From a bacterium (GTDB lineage: Bacteria > Zhuqueibacterota > Zhuqueibacteria > Oceanimicrobiales > Oceanimicrobiaceae), in NCBI GenBank assembly GCA_046757025.1, contig JBHHXN010000163.1, forward strand, positions 1 through 11,532: DNA of 11,532 nt. Direction: 5' to 3'. The notes under the pieces are model-generated. The model was not told the DNA's origin. It saw only the letters and a list, made by a program, of their open reading frames with translations, and searched no databases. Below, in pieces: positions 1 through 7,543 of this stretch (within the stretch, counting starts at the first letter, position 1; every line of letters starts with the position of its first letter). The translations under genes were made by a program, and so were the position numbers.

Positions 1-118
1 TAAGAAAAATGCACTACAAAACAATTGATTACACAACTGCGAAACTTGAATTATTGAGATTAAAATCGAACGATTAGGAGGAAAGCACGGGTAGATCCAA
101 AAATTTGAAAAACCTGCT

Positions 119-1357
119 TTATTCATACCGCAAGGCTTCGATGGGGTTGACGTTGCTGGCGTTTTTAGCCGGGTAAGTGCCAAAGATGATGCCGACAGCC
201 ACCGAAACAAAAAAAGCTACCAGTACGGATAGTGGCGTGACCACGGTGCTGAATTCAGCGATGCCGTCGATGATGAGCGACATGGTGATGCCCAGCGTGA
301 TTCCGATGACCCCGCCCACCAGGCTCAGGCCCACGGCTTCCACCAGGAACTGCAAGACGATTTCTTTGCGTTTTGCACCCAATGCCCGCCGAATGCCAAT
401 CTCGCGGGTGCGTTCCAGCACCGTCGCCAGCATGATGTTCATCACCCCGATGCCGCCCACCAGCAGCGAAATGGCAGCGATAGCGCCAAGCACCATGTTG
501 TAAATGCGCGTCTCTTTTTCTTCCTGCTTCAAAAGCTCGTACGGAATGATGATGTCGAAATCGTCGTTTTTGTAGTGACGGCGATCCAGAATGCGTTGAA
601 TCACGGCGGCGCTTTCCACCAGCAAGTCTGAGCTTTGCACTTTGATGGTCAACTGATCGATTTCACTGGCCAGGGCTTCTTCTTTGCTAAAACGTCGCAA
701 AAATGAGGACAAAGGGATGTAGATATCCTGATTCAGATTTCGGGCGGCCAATTCACCTACGGTTTCGGTGAAAAGCGATTTGCTGCCCATGACGCCCACC
801 ACCTCGAACCACTGATCATCCAGCTTCACGCGTTTCCCGATGGGATGCTGCGTGCGGAACAAATCTTTTGCCGCGTCTGCGCCCAGCACACATACCCGCA
901 AAGCCCGGTTGTGATGCTCTTCAGTTAGAAAGGATCCCAGCCGCGGTGCATAATTGAGAAGATCCTGAAACGATTCGGTGACGCCCACCAGCGTGATTTT
1001 CGCGGAGCGGTCTTCGTACTTACTTTCGATTTCCAGCTCGGCTTGTGCAGCGATGTTTTCCACAGTGGGCACGATCTTTTTGATGGCCTGCGCATCTTTT
1101 AAGGACAGTCCGCGAGAAAATTTTGCCCGAACTTCTTCCAGCTCTTCTTCGCTCAATTCTTTGTCGCGCACGATGATGTTGCTCACACCTAAAAGTTGAT
1201 ATTTGCGCAACGCTTCCCGTTTGGCGCCCTCGCCAATGGACAGCATGGCGATGACCGCGGCCACCCCGAATATGATGCCGAGCATGGTGAGGGTAGAGCG
1301 CAGTTTGTGCACTTTTAAACCATCCAGGCCAATGAGAAGGTGTTCTTTTTGGTTCAT
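119..1357 (-). CDS. ABC transporter permease, MacB/FtsX family (periplasmic core + FtsX domain, no fused ATPase)
   Basis: 412-aa ORF with family motifs RSTLTMLGIIFGVAAVIAMLSIGEG, AISLLVGGIGVMNIMLATVLERTREIGIRRALGA and C-terminal YPAKNASNVNPIEALRYE. No Walker A/B motifs. Confidence 0.95.
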   Translation of the reverse strand: MNQKEHLLIGLDGLKVHKLRSTLTMLGIIFGVAAVIAMLSIGEGAKREALRKYQLLGVSNIIVRDKELSEEELEEVRAKFSRGLSLKDAQAIKKIVPTVENIAAQAELEIESKYEDRSAKITLVGVTESFQDLLNYAPRLGSFLTEEHHNRALRVCVLGADAAKDLFRTQHPIGKRVKLDDQWFEVVGVMGSKSLFTETVGELAARNLNQDIYIPLSSFLRRFSKEEALASEIDQLTIKVQSSDLLVESAAVIQRILDRRHYKNDDFDIIIPYELLKQEEKETRIYNMVLGAIAAISLLVGGIGVMNIMLATVLERTREIGIRRALGAKRKEIVLQFLVEAVGLSLVGGVIGITLGITMSLIIDGIAEFSTVVTPLSVLVAFFVSVAVGIIFGTYPAKNASNVNPIEALRYE

Positions 1358-1504
1358 AGAATTAAATTGCCGTTAGTCGGTCACCCGCTTTCAGGTTGCC
1401 GGTCTCCACCACTTTTTTTGAGTTGCGGAGACCCAAATTCACTTTTACAGGTTGCTTTTTCGAGCCGTTTTTCAAGTAAACAAAATCGCTTCCGACTTGT
1501 TCAT

Positions 1505-1647
1505 GAGTATCTGGTAAAAAGTACTCCGGGCTGTCCTTGCGAGCGAAGCGAAGCAATCTCATTCATGCTAAGTTATTGATTTTTAGATAGCGCGTCGTCA
1601 CTTCGTTCCTCGCGATGACACGAAACTGGATTTTTTACGAGATACTC
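1505..1647. mobile_element. Miniature inverted-repeat element (MITE), ~143 bp, non-autonomous
   Basis: TIRs GAGTATCTGGTAAAAA (1505-1520) and TTTTTACGAGATACTC (1632-1647), 15/16 match. Flanking direct repeat GTTCA(T) 1499-1504 and GTTCA(C) 1648-1653. Excision restores the host reading frame. No transposase is encoded. Confidence 0.9.
1532..1620. repeat. REP-like palindrome of the TGTCATTGCGAG...GCAATCT / AGATTGC...CTCGCAATGACA type, inside the MITE
   Basis: Left arm TGTCCTTGCGAGCGAAGCGAAGCAATCTC (1532-1560), right arm AGATAGCGCGTCGTCACTTCGTTCCTCGCGATGACA (1585-1620). The outer 12 bp match 10/12 as an inverted repeat around an AT-rich loop. Confidence 0.8.
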
Positions 1648-2685
1648 GTTCACGAATTAATTGTGGTTTTACAAAAAACGCATTTTCCAAATCCGCCACC
1701 ACGATTTCGCAACTGACAGTCATGCCGGGTTTTAAAATGGGATCGGTTTCCTTCAAAAGCACTTCGACATCAAAAACTTTGATTTTTGATTTTTCCTCTT
1801 TTTCGTGACAGGTGTAGCTGATGGTGGTAATTTTACCCTCAAAGGCGATCCTGGGATACGCGTCCATGCGCACCAGGACCTTTTGGCCTGTTTGAATTTT
1901 ACTGCGGTCGGTTTCATTCACAGAAGTTAAGACTTTCATTTTGCGCAGGTCTGGCAATCCGATCAACGGTCTGCCGGGCCAGAACTCGTCGCCGACTTTG
2001 ATTTTGCCCTGTCTTCTGCGAAAACGGCGGTATTCGACAATGCCATCGGCAGGCGCCCGCAAGGCAAACCGGTTAATGGTGTGCTCAGCATTTTTAATGG
2101 CCGACTGGATCTGCTTGATGCGTTCATGTTGAATCAGCAGCTCTTCTTTTTGGATTAGCCGAGTATGTTTGAGTTTGTTGAGATTTTGCTCATACATGAG
2201 CTCGGCAATTTTTAAACGCAGCCGACTGATTTCCTGTTTGGCTGGCGATTCAAACTTTACGCGCTGGGTGTCGATTTGAGCCTGTTTTAAAGCGGCTTCA
2301 GCGGATTCTAATTCCCCCTCCAGTTTGTGGATCTGATCTGCGTGCTCAACTTTGAGTTTTTCGAGGTCTGCCACGGCCATGTCCAGATCAGCCTGCTTCT
2401 GGTCTTTCACCCGTTTGACGTTGGAGGTGTCGAGCTGTGCCACCAGATGACCTTTTTTTACCTGAATGCCTTCTTTTTCGAGCCAGACGATTTTGGCTTT
2501 GCCGTACTCCCAGTTGAAAAACGGTACGGTGATAATTTTTGAATTGACCGCCTGCAGCTCACCGGTTTCGGTGATGGTGGCGTGCAGGGTTCCTTGCTCA
2601 ACCTGCGCAGTTTGGTTCTCGCTTTTTTGGCAGGAAGTCAGCACTAAAAGTGCCACGAGTACGGATAGAAGAAAGTTGCGGGGCG

Positions 2686-3924
2686 TCATTTTTTTTCGCC
2701 CTCCTGGCCATCGGTGGAAACCGGCGCCGCCGTTGGGTCCATGAGCGAAATTTCATCCCCTGCAGCTAAGCCCTGGGCGATGATGACGAAATCATCGTTT
2801 TCTTCAGCGAGCACCACAGGCTGCGGTTTAAATTCGTCGCCGTTTTTAAGATAAACCACCGTCTGTCCGTCTTTTTGGTGGATGGCGTCCAGCGGCACGA
2901 AGAGCGTGTCCGGGATTTCTTTCACGACAATTTCGCAACTGACGGTCATTCCGGGCATGAGCGTTTTGTCCGTTTCCTCTAACACCACGGTGACGTCAAA
3001 AACTTTCACTTTGGAGTCGCGTTCCTTGTTGCGTGCCAGAGCCGCGATTTCGGTGACCTTGCCGGGAAAGCTGCTGTCCGGATACGCGTCGATTTTGATG
3101 ACGGCCTTTAGCGCGGTATCGATTTTCCCGATGTCCACTTCATTGACCTGCACGATGGCTTGCATCAAACTCAAGTCGGGCAGGCCGATGATCGGCTGCC
3201 CCCGCCAGACATCGTCATCCACCTGAATTTTGTTGCCGGTGTTCCAGTTTTTTTTCAGGATGGCAATGCCCGGCGCTGGCGCTTTCATGGACAGCTTTTC
3301 CAGGGTTTCCTGAGCTTCTTCCACTTTCGTGCGCTCCTGTTTGACTTTCAGCTTCAGCTTGCTGAGTTCCTCGTGATGCACTTTTTTCTTGTTAGAGATC
3401 TCCTGGCGCGCTTTTTCCAGCGAAATGCGCGATTTTTCTAAATCCAGCTCGATTCGTTTCTTTTCGATATCTGCTTCAAAAGTGGCCTTCTGCAATTCCA
3501 GCTGCGAAATGCGAAATTGCAGCTCGCTTTTCTTCAAATTCATTTCCAATTCGTCCAATTCAGATTGCTGGGTAGCGCGGGTTTTGCGGAGCTCGGCTTG
3601 GGCGATATCCCAATTGGCTCGGGCATCGTCGAGATTTTTCTGCACCTCCGTTTTTACGAATTCCATCAACACTTGCCCTTTTTCGACCTGCTGCCCATCG
3701 TCCACCAGTTTGGCGATTTTTAGTCCGCCCAGATTCCACGGAATCATGGGTGCGGAAATGGTTTTAGAATTCACCGCTTCCAGCTCGCCGTTTTCGATCA
3801 CGCTCAACACGAAGTTTCCTCGCTTCACCACAAATGTTTCTACCGCCCGCTCGGAATTTGAGTGACAGGCAAATATGCAAAAGGTCGCAACTCCAAAAAA
3901 CACACCCCAGGTTAATTTGTTCAT
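2686..3924 (-). CDS. Efflux periplasmic adaptor subunit (HlyD/MFP family), predicted lipoprotein
   Basis: 412 aa with lipobox-like IFAC (Cys20), GELEA, DGQQVEKGQVLMEF, a ~120-aa coiled-coil hairpin, MKAPAPGI, VNEVDIGKI, LMPGMTVSCEI and a C-terminal GLAAGDEI motif. Confidence 0.93.
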   Translation of the reverse strand: MNKLTWGVFFGVATFCIFACHSNSERAVETFVVKRGNFVLSVIENGELEAVNSKTISAPMIPWNLGGLKIAKLVDDGQQVEKGQVLMEFVKTEVQKNLDDARANWDIAQAELRKTRATQQSELDELEMNLKKSELQFRISQLELQKATFEADIEKKRIELDLEKSRISLEKARQEISNKKKVHHEELSKLKLKVKQERTKVEEAQETLEKLSMKAPAPGIAILKKNWNTGNKIQVDDDVWRGQPIIGLPDLSLMQAIVQVNEVDIGKIDTALKAVIKIDAYPDSSFPGKVTEIAALARNKERDSKVKVFDVTVVLEETDKTLMPGMTVSCEIVVKEIPDTLFVPLDAIHQKDGQTVVYLKNGDEFKPQPVVLAEENDDFVIIAQGLAAGDEISLMDPTAAPVSTDGQEGEKK

Positions 3925-4009
3925 TTTGAACCTATTTTTAAAGCCAAATTCTGGTAATTTTTATATCAGAACACAACTATTTTAAATTTCAAAATATTGT
4001 CCAAAGACG

Positions 4010-4087
4010 GTCATTCCTGCATGGTTTTAGCAGGAATCCATTTGTGAATTGAGTGTGAGATTCCCGATTACGGCACTTGGGAATGAC
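4010..4087. repeat. Double-hairpin extragenic palindrome (GTCATTCC...GGAATGAC; dRS3/REP-like)
   Basis: Hairpin ATTCCTGC-N9-GCAGGAAT, a spacer, then hairpin ATTCCC-N13-GGGAAT, with 8-bp terminal IR GTCATTCC/GGAATGAC. Homologous in inverted orientation to 11408-11511. Confidence 0.88.
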
Positions 4088-4320
4088 AATTTCTAATCGA
4101 GTAAATGAATTTTATCAAAATTGACAAGAGTTTAGTTAGAATAGAAAAAAGGAGCAAGTTAATTCTCTCTCCCAAATAACTCAAATGCCGATTAGGCCGA
4201 ATTCGCTGTGGTGTATTCACTCTTTTTATCTGGAACGAAATCGCATGATGCAAAATCAAAAGAATATCGAAACTGGCGAAATCGTGTAAGCTGATGGTTG
4301 AATGCACCCTTGCAAAACAT

Positions 4321-5646
4321 TCACGAAGCCGTTTTTGTGGTTAACAACGAATCGTCCGTTTGAAAATGTTTCAGGCTGTCTTCGATGACCGGTCGTTCGG
4401 GCATTTTTAAATTTGCCGGCCAGCGCACGGTAGCGCTCCTGGGTTCTTGCAAAGCACATTTTTCTCCGCCTTTAAGATCGCCTTGCACAGCTACAAAATC
4501 GTTGCCGTAGTACTGAACCGTGACGGGACAGGGGACATAGTGTGATTTGTCAAGAACGTAAACCACTTTCAAGCTGTCTTTTTGGAAAAGGCATTCCAGC
4601 GGCAACGTGATGACGTCTTTGAGTTTTGTGGTGGTGATACGGCATTCGGCCGTCAAGCCGGGAGCCAGGTCGGCAAGGCTGCTATCGATTTCCACCAGCA
4701 CCTCCACTTTTTTGACTTTCGAGCGCCGTTTGATGGGCTTGGCCATTTTATCCACTTTGGTGACTTTGCCAGTAAATGTCAAGTCGGGCAAATTGGCTAC
4801 CGAAATCACGGCTTTTTGATCCTTTTGTAATCGCTGAGCTTCGGTTTCGCTCACAAACATTTTGACCTGCATTTTTGAGAGGTCCGGGATTTCGATGATG
4901 GGCATGCCCGGAAAAAGCTGGTTGCCGACGGCGATTTTTTCTCCGCTGAACCAGCTTTCAGCGTAGAGGACGAATCCGTCCACCGGCGCTTTCAACTGCA
5001 GCTGGTTAAGTAAAAAGCGCGATTGTTCGAGCTTATTTTCAGCCTGTTTGATTTTTAATTGCAAACGGGCGCGTTCTGCCTTCTGAATATCCTGGATGGC
5101 GGTGAGTTTGTTTTGAATTTTTTGCGTTTCGATTTCATCTCGGGATATTTCGAGTTTTCGAATTTCCTGAATTTTCGCCGGTTCAAAAGTCAATTTCGCC
5201 AATTGCAGTTTAGAGACTTCCAGTGCGGCCTGGGTGTTTTTGAGCTGCGACTGCAATTGCACACGCTGAAGATTGAGCTCGGCTTCAACCTTTTGGGCTT
5301 CCGCTCTGGCAATTTCAACCTCGTCCAGAGCGTTCAGGTAAATCCGCTCGATTTCTCCGGCTTCGAGCTCGGCGATGACATCGCCTTTTTTCACCGCTGC
5401 CCCTTCCGGCGGCAGCCATGCGATCTGCGGCGAAGTCCAGCGCAACTGTGGGGTGACGATGGTGTGGGTTTTGGTGGCCTCGATGACGCCTTCCGCCGTG
5501 ATAGCAAGCTCAAAATCACCGCGTCCGGCCGGGTAGGTTAGTACCTGCGGGTGGTCATCAGAAAGACCGCATGCGATTGAACCTACCAGACCCAACACCA
5601 AAAACGCCCTGTGCAAATTTGGTAAAATTCTGAATAAACAGATCAC
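4321..5646 (-). CDS. Efflux periplasmic adaptor subunit (HlyD/MFP family), predicted lipoprotein; first gene of the operon
   Basis: 441 aa, GTG start preceded by AAGAGG. Lipobox-like SIAC (Cys26), EGAAVKKGDVIAEL, a long coiled coil, LKAPVDGFV, PDLSKMQV, LAPGLTAECRI. Confidence 0.92.
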   Translation of the reverse strand: MICLFRILPNLHRAFLVLGLVGSIACGLSDDHPQVLTYPAGRGDFELAITAEGVIEATKTHTIVTPQLRWTSPQIAWLPPEGAAVKKGDVIAELEAGEIERIYLNALDEVEIARAEAQKVEAELNLQRVQLQSQLKNTQAALEVSKLQLAKLTFEPAKIQEIRKLEISRDEIETQKIQNKLTAIQDIQKAERARLQLKIKQAENKLEQSRFLLNQLQLKAPVDGFVLYAESWFSGEKIAVGNQLFPGMPIIEIPDLSKMQVKMFVSETEAQRLQKDQKAVISVANLPDLTFTGKVTKVDKMAKPIKRRSKVKKVEVLVEIDSSLADLAPGLTAECRITTTKLKDVITLPLECLFQKDSLKVVYVLDKSHYVPCPVTVQYYGNDFVAVQGDLKGGEKCALQEPRSATVRWPANLKMPERPVIEDSLKHFQTDDSLLTTKTAS

Positions 5647-5934
5647 TTACTTGCCTCTTAACCAGGAATTTATCTAAATCCAGCACACAGGGGCTGGAAT
5701 GTATCTGTTAAATTTTAAGTGAAGCGGGGGATGAATTTGTGTAAATTGATTTTCTAATATGACGTACTTAACAAAGAAAAAGTTCTCTTGTTTCTAAAAA
5801 TATTACGGCAACTCCTGGGATGCTGCCTATTTGAGCAGTCAATTCAGAAGTGACGTTAGATCGAGATATTCGAAATTCGCAAAACGGAAATCGTGAAGCG
5901 TTGAATATCCAACTAAAGTTAATGTTTGACACTT

Positions 5935-5976
5935 TAGGGCGGTAGAACTCGACAGCTCAATTCTGCTACACCCTAC
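5935..5976. repeat. Isolated imperfect hairpin resembling a GTAG-type REP
   Basis: Minus strand reads GTAGGGTGTAGCAGAATTGAGCTGTCGAGTTCTACCGCCCTA: TAGGG/CCCTA outer stem and AGAA/TTCT inner stem, a GC-richer island in AT-rich intergenic DNA. Single copy in the window. Confidence 0.4.
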
Positions 5977-6059
5977 AACTAAAAAACTTGAAACATGAAA
6001 AAGTGACATTTGCTTCAAATATCGAAATTTCATAAAAATAGTTTTGTTCCAAAAATTAC

Positions 6060-6088
6060 TTGCAAATGGCACGATTATTATTTATATT
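6060..6088 (+). promoter_or_regulatory. Putative sigma70 promoter for the ffh operon
   Basis: TTGCAA (6060-6065), 17-bp spacer, TATATT (6083-6088), with AT-rich sequence upstream, ~90 bp before the ffh ATG. Confidence 0.65.
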
Positions 6089-6129
6089 TCCCTGCTTTAC
6101 AGAGGGCAGCATATACCTGTTTATAAATG

Positions 6130-6159
6130 AATTCACAGTCGGTACTGTGAATTTTTGTT
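6130..6159 (+). terminator. Intrinsic-terminator-like hairpin in the ffh leader
   Basis: Perfect 10-bp stem AATTCACAGT-CGGT-ACTGTGAATT running into TTTGTT, lying between the predicted promoter and the start codon. Confidence 0.55.
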
Positions 6160-6177
6160 ATTGACTAAGACTAATAC

Positions 6178-7494
6178 ATGTTTCAAGATTTAACTGAAAA
6201 ATTAGAAGGCGTTTTTAAAAAACTTCGCGGTCACGGCAAACTGAGTGAGAGCAATATTTCAGACGCCATGCGCGAGGTGCGCCGGGTGCTTCTTGAAGCG
6301 GATGTCAACTTTAAAGTCGCCAAAGATTTTATTGCTCGCGTGCAGGGCAAAGCGCTGGGGCAGGAAGTATTAATGAGCATCACGCCGGCCCAGCAGGTGA
6401 TCAAAATCATTCACGACGAATTGGTTTCCCTGATGGGGGCTGTGGAGTCCGGGCTGAAAACCGCCAGCATGCCGCCAACCATCATCATGTTGGTGGGTTT
6501 GCAGGGTTCAGGTAAAACCACGTTGGCGGGTAAACTTGCGAAATATTTGAAAAGCAAAGGCCGCGCTCCTTTGCTGGTAGCGGCGGATCTGCAGCGGCCG
6601 GCCGCTATCGAACAGTTGAAAGTCGTGGGCAAGCAGGTGGATGCACCAGTTCTGGCCCGCAGCGACAGCACGCCGGTGCTGGTGTGCCGCGATGCGGTTG
6701 AACACGCGCGCAAAGAAGGTTTTGATACGGTCATTTTTGATACCGCCGGTCGATTGCATATCGACACGGAATTGATGGCTGAGCTGCAGGAGATTAAAGA
6801 ATGCACCCAGCCGGATGAAATCCTTTTTGTCGCCGACGGCATGACCGGTCAGGATGCGGTTAATACCGCCAAAGAGTTTGCCGAGCGCCTGGATTTCCAG
6901 GGTGTGGTTTTAACCAAATTGGACGGCGATGCCCGGGGCGGCGCGGCGCTGTCTATTCGGGCGGTCACCGGCAAACCGATCAAATTCATCAGCGTGGGTG
7001 AAAAGCTAGATGCGCTGGAGAAATTTCATCCGGATCGCATGGCATCGCGTATCATGGGTATGGGCGACGTGGTCACGCTGGTGGAAAAAGCCCAGCAGGC
7101 CGTGGATGAAGAAAAAGCGCGAAAATTAGAAAGAAAGCTGCGTCGTCAGGAATTCACACTGGAAGATTTTGCCGATCAACTGCAGCAGATTAAAAACATG
7201 GGGCCGCTGGAGGAACTGATGAAAATGCTTCCCGGAATGGGCGGCAAGACCATGCGCGGCATGAAGGTGGATGAACGTGCTTTGGTTTACACCGAGGCCA
7301 TTATCAACTCCATGACTCCCGAGGAAAGGCGCCGGCCGAATCTCATCAACGGCAGTCGCCGCAAACGCATTGCCCGAGGCAGCGGAACCAGCGTGCAGGA
7401 AGTCAATAAACTGTTAAATCAATTTCAAATGATGCAAAAGATGGTCAAAAAAATGAGTAAATTGGGCCTGAAGGGCATGCCATTTGGATTTTAG
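6178..7494 (+). CDS. ffh: Signal recognition particle protein Ffh
   Basis: 438 aa with ALLEADV-like VLLEADV, GLQGSGKTT, DLQRPAA, DTAGR, TKLDGDARGGAALS, FHPDRMASRI and a Met-rich M domain (IINSMT...SRRKRIARGSG). Confidence 0.99.
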   Translation: MFQDLTEKLEGVFKKLRGHGKLSESNISDAMREVRRVLLEADVNFKVAKDFIARVQGKALGQEVLMSITPAQQVIKIIHDELVSLMGAVESGLKTASMPPTIIMLVGLQGSGKTTLAGKLAKYLKSKGRAPLLVAADLQRPAAIEQLKVVGKQVDAPVLARSDSTPVLVCRDAVEHARKEGFDTVIFDTAGRLHIDTELMAELQEIKECTQPDEILFVADGMTGQDAVNTAKEFAERLDFQGVVLTKLDGDARGGAALSIRAVTGKPIKFISVGEKLDALEKFHPDRMASRIMGMGDVVTLVEKAQQAVDEEKARKLERKLRRQEFTLEDFADQLQQIKNMGPLEELMKMLPGMGGKTMRGMKVDERALVYTEAIINSMTPEERRRPNLINGSRRKRIARGSGTSVQEVNKLLNQFQMMQKMVKKMSKLGLKGMPFGF

Positions 7495-7543
7495 TTCAGT
7501 GAAAGAAAATAATATCATTCTTTAATTTAAAAGGAGGTTTAGT

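Larger units (their letters stand above)
1362..2689 (-). pseudogene. Efflux periplasmic adaptor (HlyD/MFP family) lipoprotein, interrupted near its 3' end by a MITE; present as a 363-aa truncated ORF (1598-2689) plus a detached C-terminal fragment (1362-1503)
   Basis: Lipobox LTSC (Cys20) and MFP motifs GELQA, VKKGHLVAQLD, LRAPADGIV, LKPGMTVSCEI. Similarity to the paralog stops at ...KPQLIRE and resumes in another frame at QVGSDFVYLKNG...NLKAGD. Deleting 149 bp restores a 392-aa ORF. The start overlaps the upstream stop (ATGA, 2686-2689). The truncated protein may still be expressed. Confidence 0.88.

Noticed and set aside
1..118. Possible 3' end of a convergent plus-strand gene (…KMHYKTIDYTTAKLELLRLKSND*)
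   Set aside because: Too short and unrecognisable to support without upstream sequence.
1362..1562. 66-aa ORF as an independent gene
   Set aside because: It is a chimera: the first ~19-20 residues (MRLLRFARKD...) come from the MITE, and the rest is the detached C-terminus of the adaptor.
1598..1660. Sequencing error or programmed frameshift as the cause of the split adaptor
   Set aside because: A discrete 149-bp excess with TIRs and a target duplication explains it fully.
3991..4133. Possible TIRs around the 4010-4087 palindrome (AAAATATTGTCCAAA / AATTGACAAGAGTTT)
   Set aside because: Only about 10/15 match in AT-rich DNA, with no clear target duplication.
4068..4307. 79-aa minus-strand intergenic ORF
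   Set aside because: No SD or family motif, and it ends inside the palindromic repeat.
177..5541. Plus-strand ORFs antisense to the transporter genes (e.g. 177-503, 3389-3865, 5059-5541)
   Set aside because: Shadow ORFs overlapping well-supported genes, with no recognisable motifs.
5839..6072. 77-aa minus-strand ORF in the divergent promoter region
   Set aside because: AT-rich, overlaps the predicted ffh promoter and a hairpin, with no SD or recognisable similarity.
6090..6160. SRP RNA (ffs) or an SRP helix-8 mimic upstream of ffh
   Set aside because: Contains GCAGC but lacks the CAGG...GNRA...AGCAG arrangement.
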